Positions 44,291 to 53,427 of a DNA stretch of 64,000 nucleotides are shown here, in pieces. The translations under genes and the position numbers were made by a program. Each line of letters begins with the position of its first letter. Position 1 is the first letter of the stretch. The notes under the pieces were generated by a model. That model had not been told where the DNA came from. It saw only the letters and a program-made list of their open reading frames with translations, and ran no database searches. This DNA comes from Patescibacteria group bacterium (GTDB taxonomy: Bacteria; Patescibacteriota; Minisyncoccia; Phycocordibacterales; BOKC01): contig JBBTWE010000001.1 in assembly GCA_038062955.1 (NCBI GenBank), positions 182,304 to 246,303 on the forward strand, written 5' to 3'.

Positions 44291-44369
44291 AAACTAAATT
44301 CAAAAGGCAAAAATCAAAACTCAAAATTTACCCGCCTACCGGCAAGGCAGGAATTCAAAATTTTTATAT

Positions 44370-44936
44370 CTAATTAGTTAATTGTTTATACCGAAAACAT
44401 TCTATAACATGATCATTAGCCATTCCAACCGCCTGCATGTGAGCGTAGACGACAGTTCCGCCCAAGAATTTAAATCCCCTGTTCTTCAAATCTTTTGCGA
44501 ATATTTCGGCTTCTTTGGTTACTGCCGGAATATCTTTCATTATTTTTCTTTTACCTAAAATTGTTTTATTTTTAACAAAGCCCCACATATAATCCGAAAA
44601 ACTCCCAAATTCCTTTTGGATTTTGATAAACTGCTTTGCATTATTTATTACCGCTTTGATTTTAAGAAGATTGCGAATGATGCCGGCATCCTGCATCAGT
44701 TTTTCAACATGAGAATCTCCGAACTTGGCAATTTTTTTGTAATCAAAATTTACAAACGCTTTCTTAAAATTCTCTCTCTTGTGAAGTATTGTTTTCCAGG
44801 AAAGTCCGGCTTGCATGCTCTCCAAAACTAGAAATTCAAAAATCACTCTGTCATCAAAAACTGGCACACCCCATTCTTTATCATGGTATTTCTGCATCAA
44901 CTTATCCTCTCCCGGCCATTCGCAAGTCTTTTTCAT
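44370..44936 (-). CDS. tag: DNA-3-methyladenine glycosylase I
   Basis: MKKTCEWPGEDKLMQKYHDKEWGVPVFDD... (Tag family, zinc-binding C..W motif). Confidence 0.85.
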   Translation of the reverse strand: MKKTCEWPGEDKLMQKYHDKEWGVPVFDDRVIFEFLVLESMQAGLSWKTILHKRENFKKAFVNFDYKKIAKFGDSHVEKLMQDAGIIRNLLKIKAVINNAKQFIKIQKEFGSFSDYMWGFVKNKTILGKRKIMKDIPAVTKEAEIFAKDLKNRGFKFLGGTVVYAHMQAVGMANDHVIECFRYKQLTN

Positions 44937-44978
44937 ACGTATTTTTTTATCAAATCTACTACTAAAAGCATAAATTTT

Positions 44979-45983
44979 TTACAAGACAATATTTTGAGGA
45001 TTGCCTTTTTCGAATTTTATTATATTTTCTATAGAAGTGTTTATTATTCTTTGGTTCGCTTCTTTGGTGTTAAAGGCTGTGTGCGGAGTGATAATTACTT
45101 TTGGACGATCAATCAAATAGTGGTTCATGAGGAGAGTTTTCAGATCGTCTTGGTTTGGATGAGGATTAGATAAGAGTTGCGTTTCGTCATTAATATATTT
45201 TTCTTCAGACAGAACATCTAATCCTGCGGCGGAGATTATTTTTTCTTCTAACCCAAAAACTAAGGCCGCGGTATCAATCAGAGAGCCACGAGCTGTATTT
45301 ATTATTACCACCCCTTTTTTCATTTTGAGGATTTTTTCTTTATTTATGATGTGGTGAGTGTCTTTATTTTCTGGCAAATGTAAAGAAATAATATCCGAAG
45401 TTTGGATTAGTTCATCAATTGTCACGTATTTGAAATTTTGCTCTTTGGCAAAGTTTGTATCCGGAAAGGCGTCGAAGGCAATTACATTCATACCGAAACC
45501 TTTAGCAATTTTTATAACATTTTTTCCAATTTTACCGGTTCCTAAAACCCCGATTGTTTTTTCAAATAAATCAAAACCAGTCAAACCATTAGGGCTAAAA
45601 GATCCTTCTTTTACGACTCTGCTGTTAGCAGCTAATATATTGCGAGAAAGATTGAGCAGTAAAGCGAAAGTAAATTCCGCAACCGTGTGTTCTCCGTATG
45701 TTGGCACATTTGAAACTATTACTCCCTTTTTTTTGGCTATTTTAAGATCTATATGGTCGAAACCTGTTGATCTGGTCGCTATAAATTTTAAATCGGGCAT
45801 TTTTTCAAATTCTTCTTTGCCTAATATTGAATCCACGAAAACAGATACAATCTCAATCCCCTTACCATCCCATTTTTCTCCTTTCTGGAGCGAACCGTCG
45901 TGAAAGACCATCTCAAAAGATGAAAGAGCTTTTGCTACATGATTTTTTTCTTCTTCTGTTCTGTGTGAGTAAAGAATTTTCAT
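44979..45983 (-). CDS. D-isomer-specific 2-hydroxyacid dehydrogenase (LdhA/PGDH-like)
   Basis: GVLGTGKIGKNVIKIAKGFGMNVIAFD NAD-binding motif; catalytic His/Glu region. Confidence 0.8.
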   Translation of the reverse strand: MKILYSHRTEEEKNHVAKALSSFEMVFHDGSLQKGEKWDGKGIEIVSVFVDSILGKEEFEKMPDLKFIATRSTGFDHIDLKIAKKKGVIVSNVPTYGEHTVAEFTFALLLNLSRNILAANSRVVKEGSFSPNGLTGFDLFEKTIGVLGTGKIGKNVIKIAKGFGMNVIAFDAFPDTNFAKEQNFKYVTIDELIQTSDIISLHLPENKDTHHIINKEKILKMKKGVVIINTARGSLIDTAALVFGLEEKIISAAGLDVLSEEKYINDETQLLSNPHPNQDDLKTLLMNHYLIDRPKVIITPHTAFNTKEANQRIINTSIENIIKFEKGNPQNIVL

Positions 45984-46008
45984 TTTTTTAATAGGCCTTA
46001 CGCACTAT

Positions 46009-47361
46009 TTAATTTATTTTTTGATCAATTTTCATTTCTTTTTCTATTTCTATTAATCTTTCGTATTTTGCTTTACGTTCCGGTGGATTGGGTGATCCTG
46101 CTTTGATACCGTATGTGCCGAGTCCGACTGCCAAATCAGCGATAAATGAGTCTGGAGTGTCTCCGGATCTGTGAGAGACGATTGTTTTCCATCCCGCTTT
46201 GTGTGCTAGACGGACCGCTTCAAAAACTTCTGAAACGGTGCCGATTTGGTTCGGTTTGATTATAACAGCGTTCGCGGCGTGTTCTTTTGACAGTTTGGAT
46301 ATTCTTTCTGGATTGGTTACTGTCAGATCATCTCCAACAATAATAGTGTCTTTTCCAATTTCACCCACTATTTTTTTAAAGTAAGTTTCGGAACTTTCTT
46401 CAAAAGGATCTTCAATGCTTTTGAGACGGAATTTTGAAGTAAGATATTTATATAAATTTAAAAGTTCATCGGGAGAATATGATTTCCCTAATATGTTATA
46501 GCTTCCGTTTTTGAAAAACTCCGAAGCGGCCGAATCAATGGCAAAGAAAACATTTTGTCTGCCTGACGCTTCTTCAAGAAGGCTGAATGGTTCTTCGATT
46601 TTTTCACAAATTGGAGAATATCCACCTTCATCGCCGAAAGGCACATTTCCAAACCGCGTTTTAATTATCTCTCCAAGATTTTTAAAAATTTCTTGTCCTA
46701 CTTGAAAAGACTGCTTGGCGCTTTTCTCTCTTATAACAATCATGTATTCCTGAAAAGGTAGTCGAAAGTTGGCGTGCACTCCTCCGTTTATGATATTCAT
46801 AAATAGACTGGGCATTTTCGGAGAAGTTTTATTTTCCTCGGCGATGTTTTTCCATAGAGGCAATCCATTTTCCTCGGCTCTAAGCATGGCTACAGCCATC
46901 GAAATTCCTATTGTCGTATTTCCTCCAAGAACGGACTTATTTTTTGTTCCGTCCAAAGAAATTAAGAGATCATCTATTTGCTTTTGATCTGGTTTTTTAC
47001 CTACAAGCGCCGGCGATATTTTGGTTGCTATGATCTCGATAGCTTTTTTCATTCCACCATCTTCATCGCGAAGTTCTGCGGCTTCCAATGATCCTGTTGA
47101 TTGACCGCGTGGCACAAAAGATGTAACGGTAAAATTATTTGATTCCAAAACAACCTTCAAAGTCGGTTTGCCCGTTGAATCTTTTATTTCATATCCCGAT
47201 ATTTTTTTTATTCCGGCTAGCGAGCGGCATCGCGAGAATTTATTCTCATGATGCGCGAGCGAAGACGGATCAAATGGTTTAATATCCCGCGGCTCTGCCG
47301 CGGACTTTGTGTCCAGGGCTTTGCCCTGGGGTTTAATACCATTTATTGAGCCGTCTTTCAT
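46009..47361 (-). CDS. eno: enolase (phosphopyruvate hydratase) with an unusual 55-60 aa GC-rich N-terminal extension
   Basis: YEIKDSTGKPTLKVVLE..., SHRSGDTPDSFIADLAVG motifs; no in-frame ATG close to the conserved N-terminus, so the ORF only starts at 47361. Confidence 0.9.
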   Translation of the reverse strand: MKDGSINGIKPQGKALDTKSAAEPRDIKPFDPSSLAHHENKFSRCRSLAGIKKISGYEIKDSTGKPTLKVVLESNNFTVTSFVPRGQSTGSLEAAELRDEDGGMKKAIEIIATKISPALVGKKPDQKQIDDLLISLDGTKNKSVLGGNTTIGISMAVAMLRAEENGLPLWKNIAEENKTSPKMPSLFMNIINGGVHANFRLPFQEYMIVIREKSAKQSFQVGQEIFKNLGEIIKTRFGNVPFGDEGGYSPICEKIEEPFSLLEEASGRQNVFFAIDSAASEFFKNGSYNILGKSYSPDELLNLYKYLTSKFRLKSIEDPFEESSETYFKKIVGEIGKDTIIVGDDLTVTNPERISKLSKEHAANAVIIKPNQIGTVSEVFEAVRLAHKAGWKTIVSHRSGDTPDSFIADLAVGLGTYGIKAGSPNPPERKAKYERLIEIEKEMKIDQKIN

Positions 47362-47372
47362 ATTTTGAAATG

Positions 47373-49799
47373 TTAGAGATTACCCAAAATCGTTCGCTCT
47401 TTTTCCGCAATGGAGCTCAAGGTTTTGATAACAGTGTCTGGATTCAGAGAAATGCTCACTATTCCCTCTTCCACAAGAAAATCGGCAAAATCCGGAAAAT
47501 CAGATGGAGCCTGCCCGCAGATGCCGATGTATTTATTTTTTGCTTTGGCGATTTTTATCACGTCTTTTATCATTTTTTTGACTGCTGGGTCGTTTTCGTT
47601 GGATATCTCGTCAACGATGGACGAATCTCTGTCCAAACCCAAGACTAATTGTGTCAGGTCGTTTGAGCCTATTGAGAATCCATCAAAGAGGTCAAGAAAT
47701 TCATTTGCCAGAATTACGTTCGAAGGGATTTCGCACATCAGATACACTTTCAATGTCTTATCGGCGTTTTTATCCAATCCGTAAGACGCCATGCTTTCTA
47801 AAACTTTTTTCCCTTCCTCAACTGTTCTGCAGAAAGGAATCAAAGCCACAACATTTTTAAGTCCTATCTCTTCGCGGACTTTTTTGAACGCAAGGCACTC
47901 CAATCCAAAAGCTTCTTTGAAGTCTGGATGATAGTATCTTGAAGCGCCACGCCAACCAATCATAGGGTTTTCTTCGCTTGGTTCGTACAATTCTCCGCCT
48001 AAAAGTTTGCGGTATTCATTTGTTTTAAAATCAGAGAATCTGATAATCACTTCATTCGGCCAAAAAGCGGCGGCTATTTTTGCTATACCTTCTGCCACTT
48101 CGTCTATATAAAACTTTTTTTTGTCTTCATAACCTGCCGTCAGAGAATCGATTTTTTTTGCCAGCAATCTCAAATCGGCATTCTCGCTGTTTTTATATTT
48201 TTCGTAATTTATGAGAGCGTTTGGATGCATTCGAATATGCGAAGCTATGATAAATTCGAGTCTCCCGAGACCCACACCACTAACTGGCAGAATATGATTC
48301 TTAAAAGCTTCATCTGGGGAGCCAATATTCACCATGATTTTTGTCTTTGTTTTTGGAATTTTGTCCAAATGATGTTCCAATACCTCAAAGGGCAGAGATC
48401 CTTCATAAATCAGGCCGCTCCCGCCAGATGAACAGTCGACAGTGATTATATCGCCGTCTTTAAAAGTCTTTGTTGCAATCTCTGTTCCAACTATGGCTGG
48501 GATTTCTAATTCGCGGGAAACTATGGCGGCGTGGCTTGTTCTACCTCCTTTGTCGGTAACGATGGCCGAAGCGATTTTCATTATCGGTTCCCAGTCTGGA
48601 TCTGTAATTTCAGTCACCAAAACTTCACCCTTTTTAAATTCCTCGATATTCTTTACATCTTTGATCATCCTGACTTTTCCGGTTGCTATTTTGGAACCGA
48701 CGGCGATTCCAGACAGAAGTATCTTTCCGGTTTTCTTTAATCGGTATTCTTTATAGATATTCTTATCTCGGGTTGAAATGACTGTCTCTGGTCTTGCCTG
48801 AATTATGAAAAGTTCTCCCGTCTTACCGTCTTTTGCCCATTCAATGTCCATTGGCTGGAGATGTCCATGCACTTTGGAGAAATGTTCTTCTATTTGCAAT
48901 ATCCATCCGGCGAGTTTCAAGATTTCATTGTCGGTCAAGCTGTATTTTCTTATACCAGCTTCAGGGACTTTCATGCTCTTTATACCCTTTCCGGAATATA
49001 CGAGTTTTTCGTTCTTTTTTCCCAAATTTTTGGAGATGATGGGGTTTGCGCTTTTGCCCAAAAGTGGCTTGAAGACAATAAATTCGTCAGGGATGACTTT
49101 GCCTTGCACGATAAGTTCACCCAAACCGTATATGCTGTTAATTATGATAGCGTTCTCAAAACCTGTTTCTGTGTCAATCGAAAAAGCGACCCCACTCGAA
49201 GCCAAATCGCTTCTTGCCATTTTTTGAATTCCGACCGAGAGTGAGATATCGAAGTGAGAAAATCCCTTGTCTTGCCTGTATGATATTGCTCTGTCTGTAA
49301 AAAGTGAAGCGAAGCATTTCCTGACTGCAAGGAGAATTTCATCAACGCCAAACACATTCAGATAAGTTTCTTGTTGTCCGGCAAAAGAAGCTCCTGGTAG
49401 ATCTTCGGCTGTGGCTGATGATCTTACGGCAGTATCAACATTTTTACCGTACAGTTTTTCTAAGTTTGTGTAGGCTTTCGATATTTCTTCCGCCAGATCG
49501 GGAGGAATCTTGCCTTTCAATATTAGTTTTCTTATCGCTTGGCCTTTCTTGGACAGATTTCTCATATTACTGGTATCCAGACCTTCTAAAACTTTAGCGA
49601 TTTTTTCTTTCAAACCTGATTTTTCCAGAAAATGGTTGTAGGCAAAAGAAGTGACGGCAAAACCATCCGGAACGTTTATTCCGAGCGGAACAAGATTTGC
49701 AATCATTTCTCCCAACGCTGCATTTTTACCACCAACAAGTGGCACGTCCTTGATGCCAATATCTTTAAACCAGAGAATGAAAGATTTTTCTTTATTCAT
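47373..49799 (-). CDS. ppsA: phosphoenolpyruvate synthase (pyruvate, water dikinase)
   Basis: GGRTSHAAIVSRELEIPAIVGT phospho-His domain; PEP-utilising C-terminal domain. Confidence 0.9.
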   Translation of the reverse strand: MNKEKSFILWFKDIGIKDVPLVGGKNAALGEMIANLVPLGINVPDGFAVTSFAYNHFLEKSGLKEKIAKVLEGLDTSNMRNLSKKGQAIRKLILKGKIPPDLAEEISKAYTNLEKLYGKNVDTAVRSSATAEDLPGASFAGQQETYLNVFGVDEILLAVRKCFASLFTDRAISYRQDKGFSHFDISLSVGIQKMARSDLASSGVAFSIDTETGFENAIIINSIYGLGELIVQGKVIPDEFIVFKPLLGKSANPIISKNLGKKNEKLVYSGKGIKSMKVPEAGIRKYSLTDNEILKLAGWILQIEEHFSKVHGHLQPMDIEWAKDGKTGELFIIQARPETVISTRDKNIYKEYRLKKTGKILLSGIAVGSKIATGKVRMIKDVKNIEEFKKGEVLVTEITDPDWEPIMKIASAIVTDKGGRTSHAAIVSRELEIPAIVGTEIATKTFKDGDIITVDCSSGGSGLIYEGSLPFEVLEHHLDKIPKTKTKIMVNIGSPDEAFKNHILPVSGVGLGRLEFIIASHIRMHPNALINYEKYKNSENADLRLLAKKIDSLTAGYEDKKKFYIDEVAEGIAKIAAAFWPNEVIIRFSDFKTNEYRKLLGGELYEPSEENPMIGWRGASRYYHPDFKEAFGLECLAFKKVREEIGLKNVVALIPFCRTVEEGKKVLESMASYGLDKNADKTLKVYLMCEIPSNVILANEFLDLFDGFSIGSNDLTQLVLGLDRDSSIVDEISNENDPAVKKMIKDVIKIAKAKNKYIGICGQAPSDFPDFADFLVEEGIVSISLNPDTVIKTLSSIAEKERTILGNL

Positions 49800-51132
49800 T
49801 TTTTTTGATGGCTAATATTAAATCTGCGACATTGGAACCGGTTAAACCAGTCCTAAAATAATCGCCAACTTTCTCGAAAAAATTGTAAGACGTGTTGCCC
49901 GCCAGAAATTCAGACGTATCCATATTAAGCTCGCGGATTCTTTTTATTGTTAGATTATCGCACAAAGCGCCGGCAAAGTCGGTGTTGTCCCAACCATCGC
50001 TATTTATGGCGGCCACCAAACAGTCATCATTTATGAAACGTGAAGCAGACAAAACCAACTCCTGATTTCTTCCACCTCTTCCAAGTTTTCTTGCAGTTAC
50101 AGTCGTCTCGCCGCCACAAATCAACACTTTGTTTATTTTAGCTTTATTTATTTCTTTAGCGATTTGCTCGCCAATTTCTCTCGCTTCTCCTTTTAGGTCA
50201 TTAGTTTTTATTTCTGAATCAAAACCAAGCTCGCTCGCTTTTTCTGCCATTTTGTTCAAAGCAGTAGTGTTAGAAAGGAAAAGAATATTTTTTACATTTT
50301 CAAAATATTTATCATCTTTGGGTGTTTCAATAAGATTATTTATGTCAAAACCGCAGGCCGTATTGGCGCTGTATTTTTCGATGACCAGTTTGGCATCCTC
50401 TATCGTGGAAGAATCTTTGATTGTTGGGCCGGAAGCCACGAACTCCATATCGCTACCGACATCGGAAAAAATCAAAGATATTGATTTAGCTGGAAAAGCA
50501 TACTTGGCCAAATACCCGCCCCTTGCCAAAGATAGATGTTTTCTGACAGTGTTTATTTCAATAATATTGGCTCCCGCGCCCATAAGACAGCTCACCATGT
50601 CTGATTCTTGAAAACAGGTAAAGTTATCTGGTTGGCAAAGCAGAGTTGAACCCCCGCCAGAAATTATAAAAATTATCAGATCGCTTTCTTCAGAATTTTC
50701 GAGTAGATCGATTATTTTTTTAGTTGAATCAACATTGTTTTCTGTTGGGAAGGGATGATCGCCTTGGCAAAATTTGATTTTCTTTGGCGTTTCATTGCAG
50801 ACTAAATCAATAACAATTCCGTCCGTCAGTTTGTCACCGAGAATATCTTCAAGAGCGAGTGCCGCTTCCAGAGAACATTTTCCCACTCCAACAACAAAAA
50901 TACGCTTGATTTTATCTAGCGCATAGGATGTTTCTTTGATAAAAAGATGGTTATTTTCGAGCTTTATTCCCTCCTTAATTGCATGCTTTGTATCTATAGC
51001 CTGGAGGCCGGCTTCCATTATTTCCACCGCCGCCTTGCGGAGTGGATTTTTAATGAGAGTATCGGAATTTTTAATCTTGGAGTCCTTATTTTTCACGCAT
51101 TGATTATAATCCCTCGTAGCTACGATTTCCAA
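49792..51132 (-). CDS. glycerate kinase (MOFRL/GckA family)
   Basis: VVGVGKCS...GGETTVTARKLGRGGRNQELVLSAS motifs. Confidence 0.75.
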   Translation of the reverse strand: MEIVATRDYNQCVKNKDSKIKNSDTLIKNPLRKAAVEIMEAGLQAIDTKHAIKEGIKLENNHLFIKETSYALDKIKRIFVVGVGKCSLEAALALEDILGDKLTDGIVIDLVCNETPKKIKFCQGDHPFPTENNVDSTKKIIDLLENSEESDLIIFIISGGGSTLLCQPDNFTCFQESDMVSCLMGAGANIIEINTVRKHLSLARGGYLAKYAFPAKSISLIFSDVGSDMEFVASGPTIKDSSTIEDAKLVIEKYSANTACGFDINNLIETPKDDKYFENVKNILFLSNTTALNKMAEKASELGFDSEIKTNDLKGEAREIGEQIAKEINKAKINKVLICGGETTVTARKLGRGGRNQELVLSASRFINDDCLVAAINSDGWDNTDFAGALCDNLTIKRIRELNMDTSEFLAGNTSYNFFEKVGDYFRTGLTGSNVADLILAIKKNE

Positions 51133-51154
51133 TCAAAGATACGCACAGGTAAAT

Positions 51155-51252
51155 CAAAATTTACAAACGCTTTCTTAAAAAACCAACATATCCCATTCTT
51201 CGTCGTGGTATGTCTGCATTAATTTATCTTCCCCTGACCATTCACAAGTCGT
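51155..51252 (-). pseudogene. fragment of a second tag (3-methyladenine glycosylase I) copy with an internal deletion
   Basis: minus strand encodes MQTTCEWSGEDKLMQTYHDEEWDML... (compare Tag MKKTCEWPGEDKLMQKYHDKEWGV) joined directly to ...KKAFVNFD...; strong nucleotide similarity to 44742-44770 and 44868-44940. Confidence 0.7.
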
Positions 51253-51370
51253 TTGCATATCCAACAAATATATAATTATTTTTGATAAAAGAAAACACCG
51301 CTTGCTGACCTAGACTAGCTAGATTTAAGCGAAGCGGTGTTGGAGGTGAGGGGTTGCCAACTTGGTTTTT

Positions 51371-51814
51371 TCAGTCCATCTTCTTTTGTTGCCAATCGAC
51401 AACTAAGAAAACACTGACTAACGTATGGTCGGAAACCAGAATCGGAACTTCCACGATGCGAATTGAATCTCCTACTTTCCACGGAATGAATGCCGGAGAG
51501 ATGCTGGCAGGCATAGCTACAAAATTGACAAAGGCCGTAAGAGTCCCACCGGTGTGAGTTTCAAACTCCACCTGCATGAGTCCAACAAAGTCTTGCCCTT
51601 TAGGGCCATCGAGGTCGATCACCTTCACCGGCATGTGAGCAACTTTCACCCACCTTCCCGGGCCAGTAAGTCCATCCGGATGCGTAGCAATAATTGACGG
51701 CCCGATCTCAGAACTTGCGATGGCTACAGGTATCACTCCGAATAGTATGTAATAAACACCAAAACAGATGATAATGGCCATCAATGCAGCCAGAGCTTTC
51801 ACTAGAGCTTTCAT
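51371..51814 (-). CDS. hypothetical exported/membrane-anchored protein (GC-rich island M, 147 aa)
   Basis: N-terminal signal-like hydrophobic region; ribosome-binding site AAGGGAGacaaacgATG; TTGACT...TATGTTAC promoter similar to island A. Confidence 0.5.
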   Translation of the reverse strand: MKALVKALAALMAIIICFGVYYILFGVIPVAIASSEIGPSIIATHPDGLTGPGRWVKVAHMPVKVIDLDGPKGQDFVGLMQVEFETHTGGTLTAFVNFVAMPASISPAFIPWKVGDSIRIVEVPILVSDHTLVSVFLVVDWQQKKMD

Positions 51815-51972
51815 CGTTTGTCTCCCTTCGATTTGAGTTTGCTTTAAACAAAGAACACTCGCTCTTTAAAACGTAACATACTTAATAGTTGAAAGTCAAG
51901 AGCAAGATAAATTATTTTATTTCTATACTTTTAACTATCTGATCTATAAGGTTATCAATACTAGTTGAATGT

Positions 51973-52236
51973 CTATCTTAACGATTTGTACAGGGTGCCT
52001 GTAAAAAATAGAGCTAAAATTCCGATTAGAATAAGGGAAGTTGGGTGTTCTCTAAAAAGACTTATTTGATCAGTAAAAATTTCGAATCCGTGCAAAATAG
52101 CAGCAACGCTAAAAACGGTAAGAAATAAAAACAAAAGAGGATAACGTCTCAAGACCGGTTTGGAATATTTACTAATATTGTCGTGAAGATTTTTCGTATT
52201 CTTCTCAATATTTTGAATCGGATCTTTTTCAAACAT
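51973..52236 (-). CDS. small hypothetical membrane protein
   Basis: 87 aa, two TM helices. Confidence 0.35.
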   Translation of the reverse strand: MFEKDPIQNIEKNTKNLHDNISKYSKPVLRRYPLLFLFLTVFSVAAILHGFEIFTDQISLFREHPTSLILIGILALFFTGTLYKSLR

Positions 52237-52285
52237 TGTTATTCTGAAATTATATCATTGTTAATGTCCTTTATTTATTTATTTT

Positions 52286-53224
52286 TTAAATTGTATTAGG
52301 TTTAATAAAATCATCTGGTCCCAATACATCGTAACCATCTGTGGAAATTTTTTTAGGTTCTCGTTTTATTTTTTTCTGGGTCAGGATTATTTCTTCGAGA
52401 GTTTTATAAGAATCAAGATTTCTTATTACTTCGTTGCCAGTTTCTGGATCAGTTGGTCTTAGTATTTTTTTATACATTATATGAAGTAACGGTGAAGGGA
52501 TGGCATATGTTAGAGAGGTACTATTAGTGTAGGTAATAAGTTTTCCATTTTCACCTTTTCCTAATATTTTAGTTTCAGGAAAACCAGCAAAAAGAATAGC
52601 CACAATTTTTCCGTTTGTTGGATTAAATATGGGTGAGCCACTAGATCCTCCGTGAGTTACCGCCTCTACAATTATTCCATGTGGGCTCTCACACACAAAA
52701 GGAAGTATTGCACTAACAATTCCTCTCTGTAGAATGGGAGAAAATTGATGAAGCCAACCAGCGGATTTTAATGTACTAGTTCCCATTGGAAATCCTGAAA
52801 TAAATACTTCATCTCCTTCCTCTACACTCAATGCTTTATCGATTTCTACAAATGGTAGGCCCTTCGCTTTTACATAAATTGCTCCAATATCAGGTATGTC
52901 CTCACCGTAGTGGACTCCATCAATTTCTTTTTCTCTAATTGTGTTACTAACTGCCTCAACATCAACATGAATCGTTAGCATTCCTAAGTCAGGCACATTA
53001 TGAAATAAAATTACTTGTATAGGTATTGATGTGGGGTCATTTTTTCGTCTTGGGAGCAAATTAATTGCATTAATAACATGATTATTTGTCAGGATAATTC
53101 CACTTTCATCAACTATGAACCCAGTACCAATGATGTCTGGAAAATCAGGACTTTTTGAATATTTAGAGACTATAGCTACAACTGCGGGTTTTATTTTCTT
53201 GTAGATCTCTGATGGAATAGACAT
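52286..53224 (-). CDS. trypsin-like serine peptidase (S1 family)
   Basis: catalytic triad context TNNHV (His), D, THGGSSGSP (Ser). Confidence 0.75.
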   Translation of the reverse strand: MSIPSEIYKKIKPAVVAIVSKYSKSPDFPDIIGTGFIVDESGIILTNNHVINAINLLPRRKNDPTSIPIQVILFHNVPDLGMLTIHVDVEAVSNTIREKEIDGVHYGEDIPDIGAIYVKAKGLPFVEIDKALSVEEGDEVFISGFPMGTSTLKSAGWLHQFSPILQRGIVSAILPFVCESPHGIIVEAVTHGGSSGSPIFNPTNGKIVAILFAGFPETKILGKGENGKLITYTNSTSLTYAIPSPLLHIMYKKILRPTDPETGNEVIRNLDSYKTLEEIILTQKKIKREPKKISTDGYDVLGPDDFIKPNTI

Positions 53225-53286
53225 TCTGTATGTTATTTATATACCAAAATATAACGAGAATTAATGACTACTTGTAAGTAAGTTTG

Positions 53287-53359
53287 TGGACCCTACCGGG
53301 ATCGAACCGGTCGCCTCCACATTGCAAATGTGGCGCTCTACCAGATGAGCTAAGGGCCC
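53287..53359 (-). tRNA. tRNA-Ala (anticodon UGC)
   Basis: revcomp is GGGCCCTTAGCTCATCTGGTAGAGCGCCACATTTGCAATGTGGAGGCGACCGGTTCGATCCCGGTAGGGTCCA; G3:U70; anticodon loop UUUGCAA. Confidence 0.9.
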
Positions 53360-53427
53360 GAAAATATAATGGAATTTAAGTCTGATATCTTAAATCTCAA
53401 ATCTATACTACCTTACAACAAACGGAA

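Noticed and set aside
46009-47361. Enolase starting at a downstream ATG
   Set aside because: No in-frame ATG/GTG/TTG exists near the conserved N-terminus; the out-of-frame ATGs terminate quickly. The ORF-track start was kept and the anomaly flagged.
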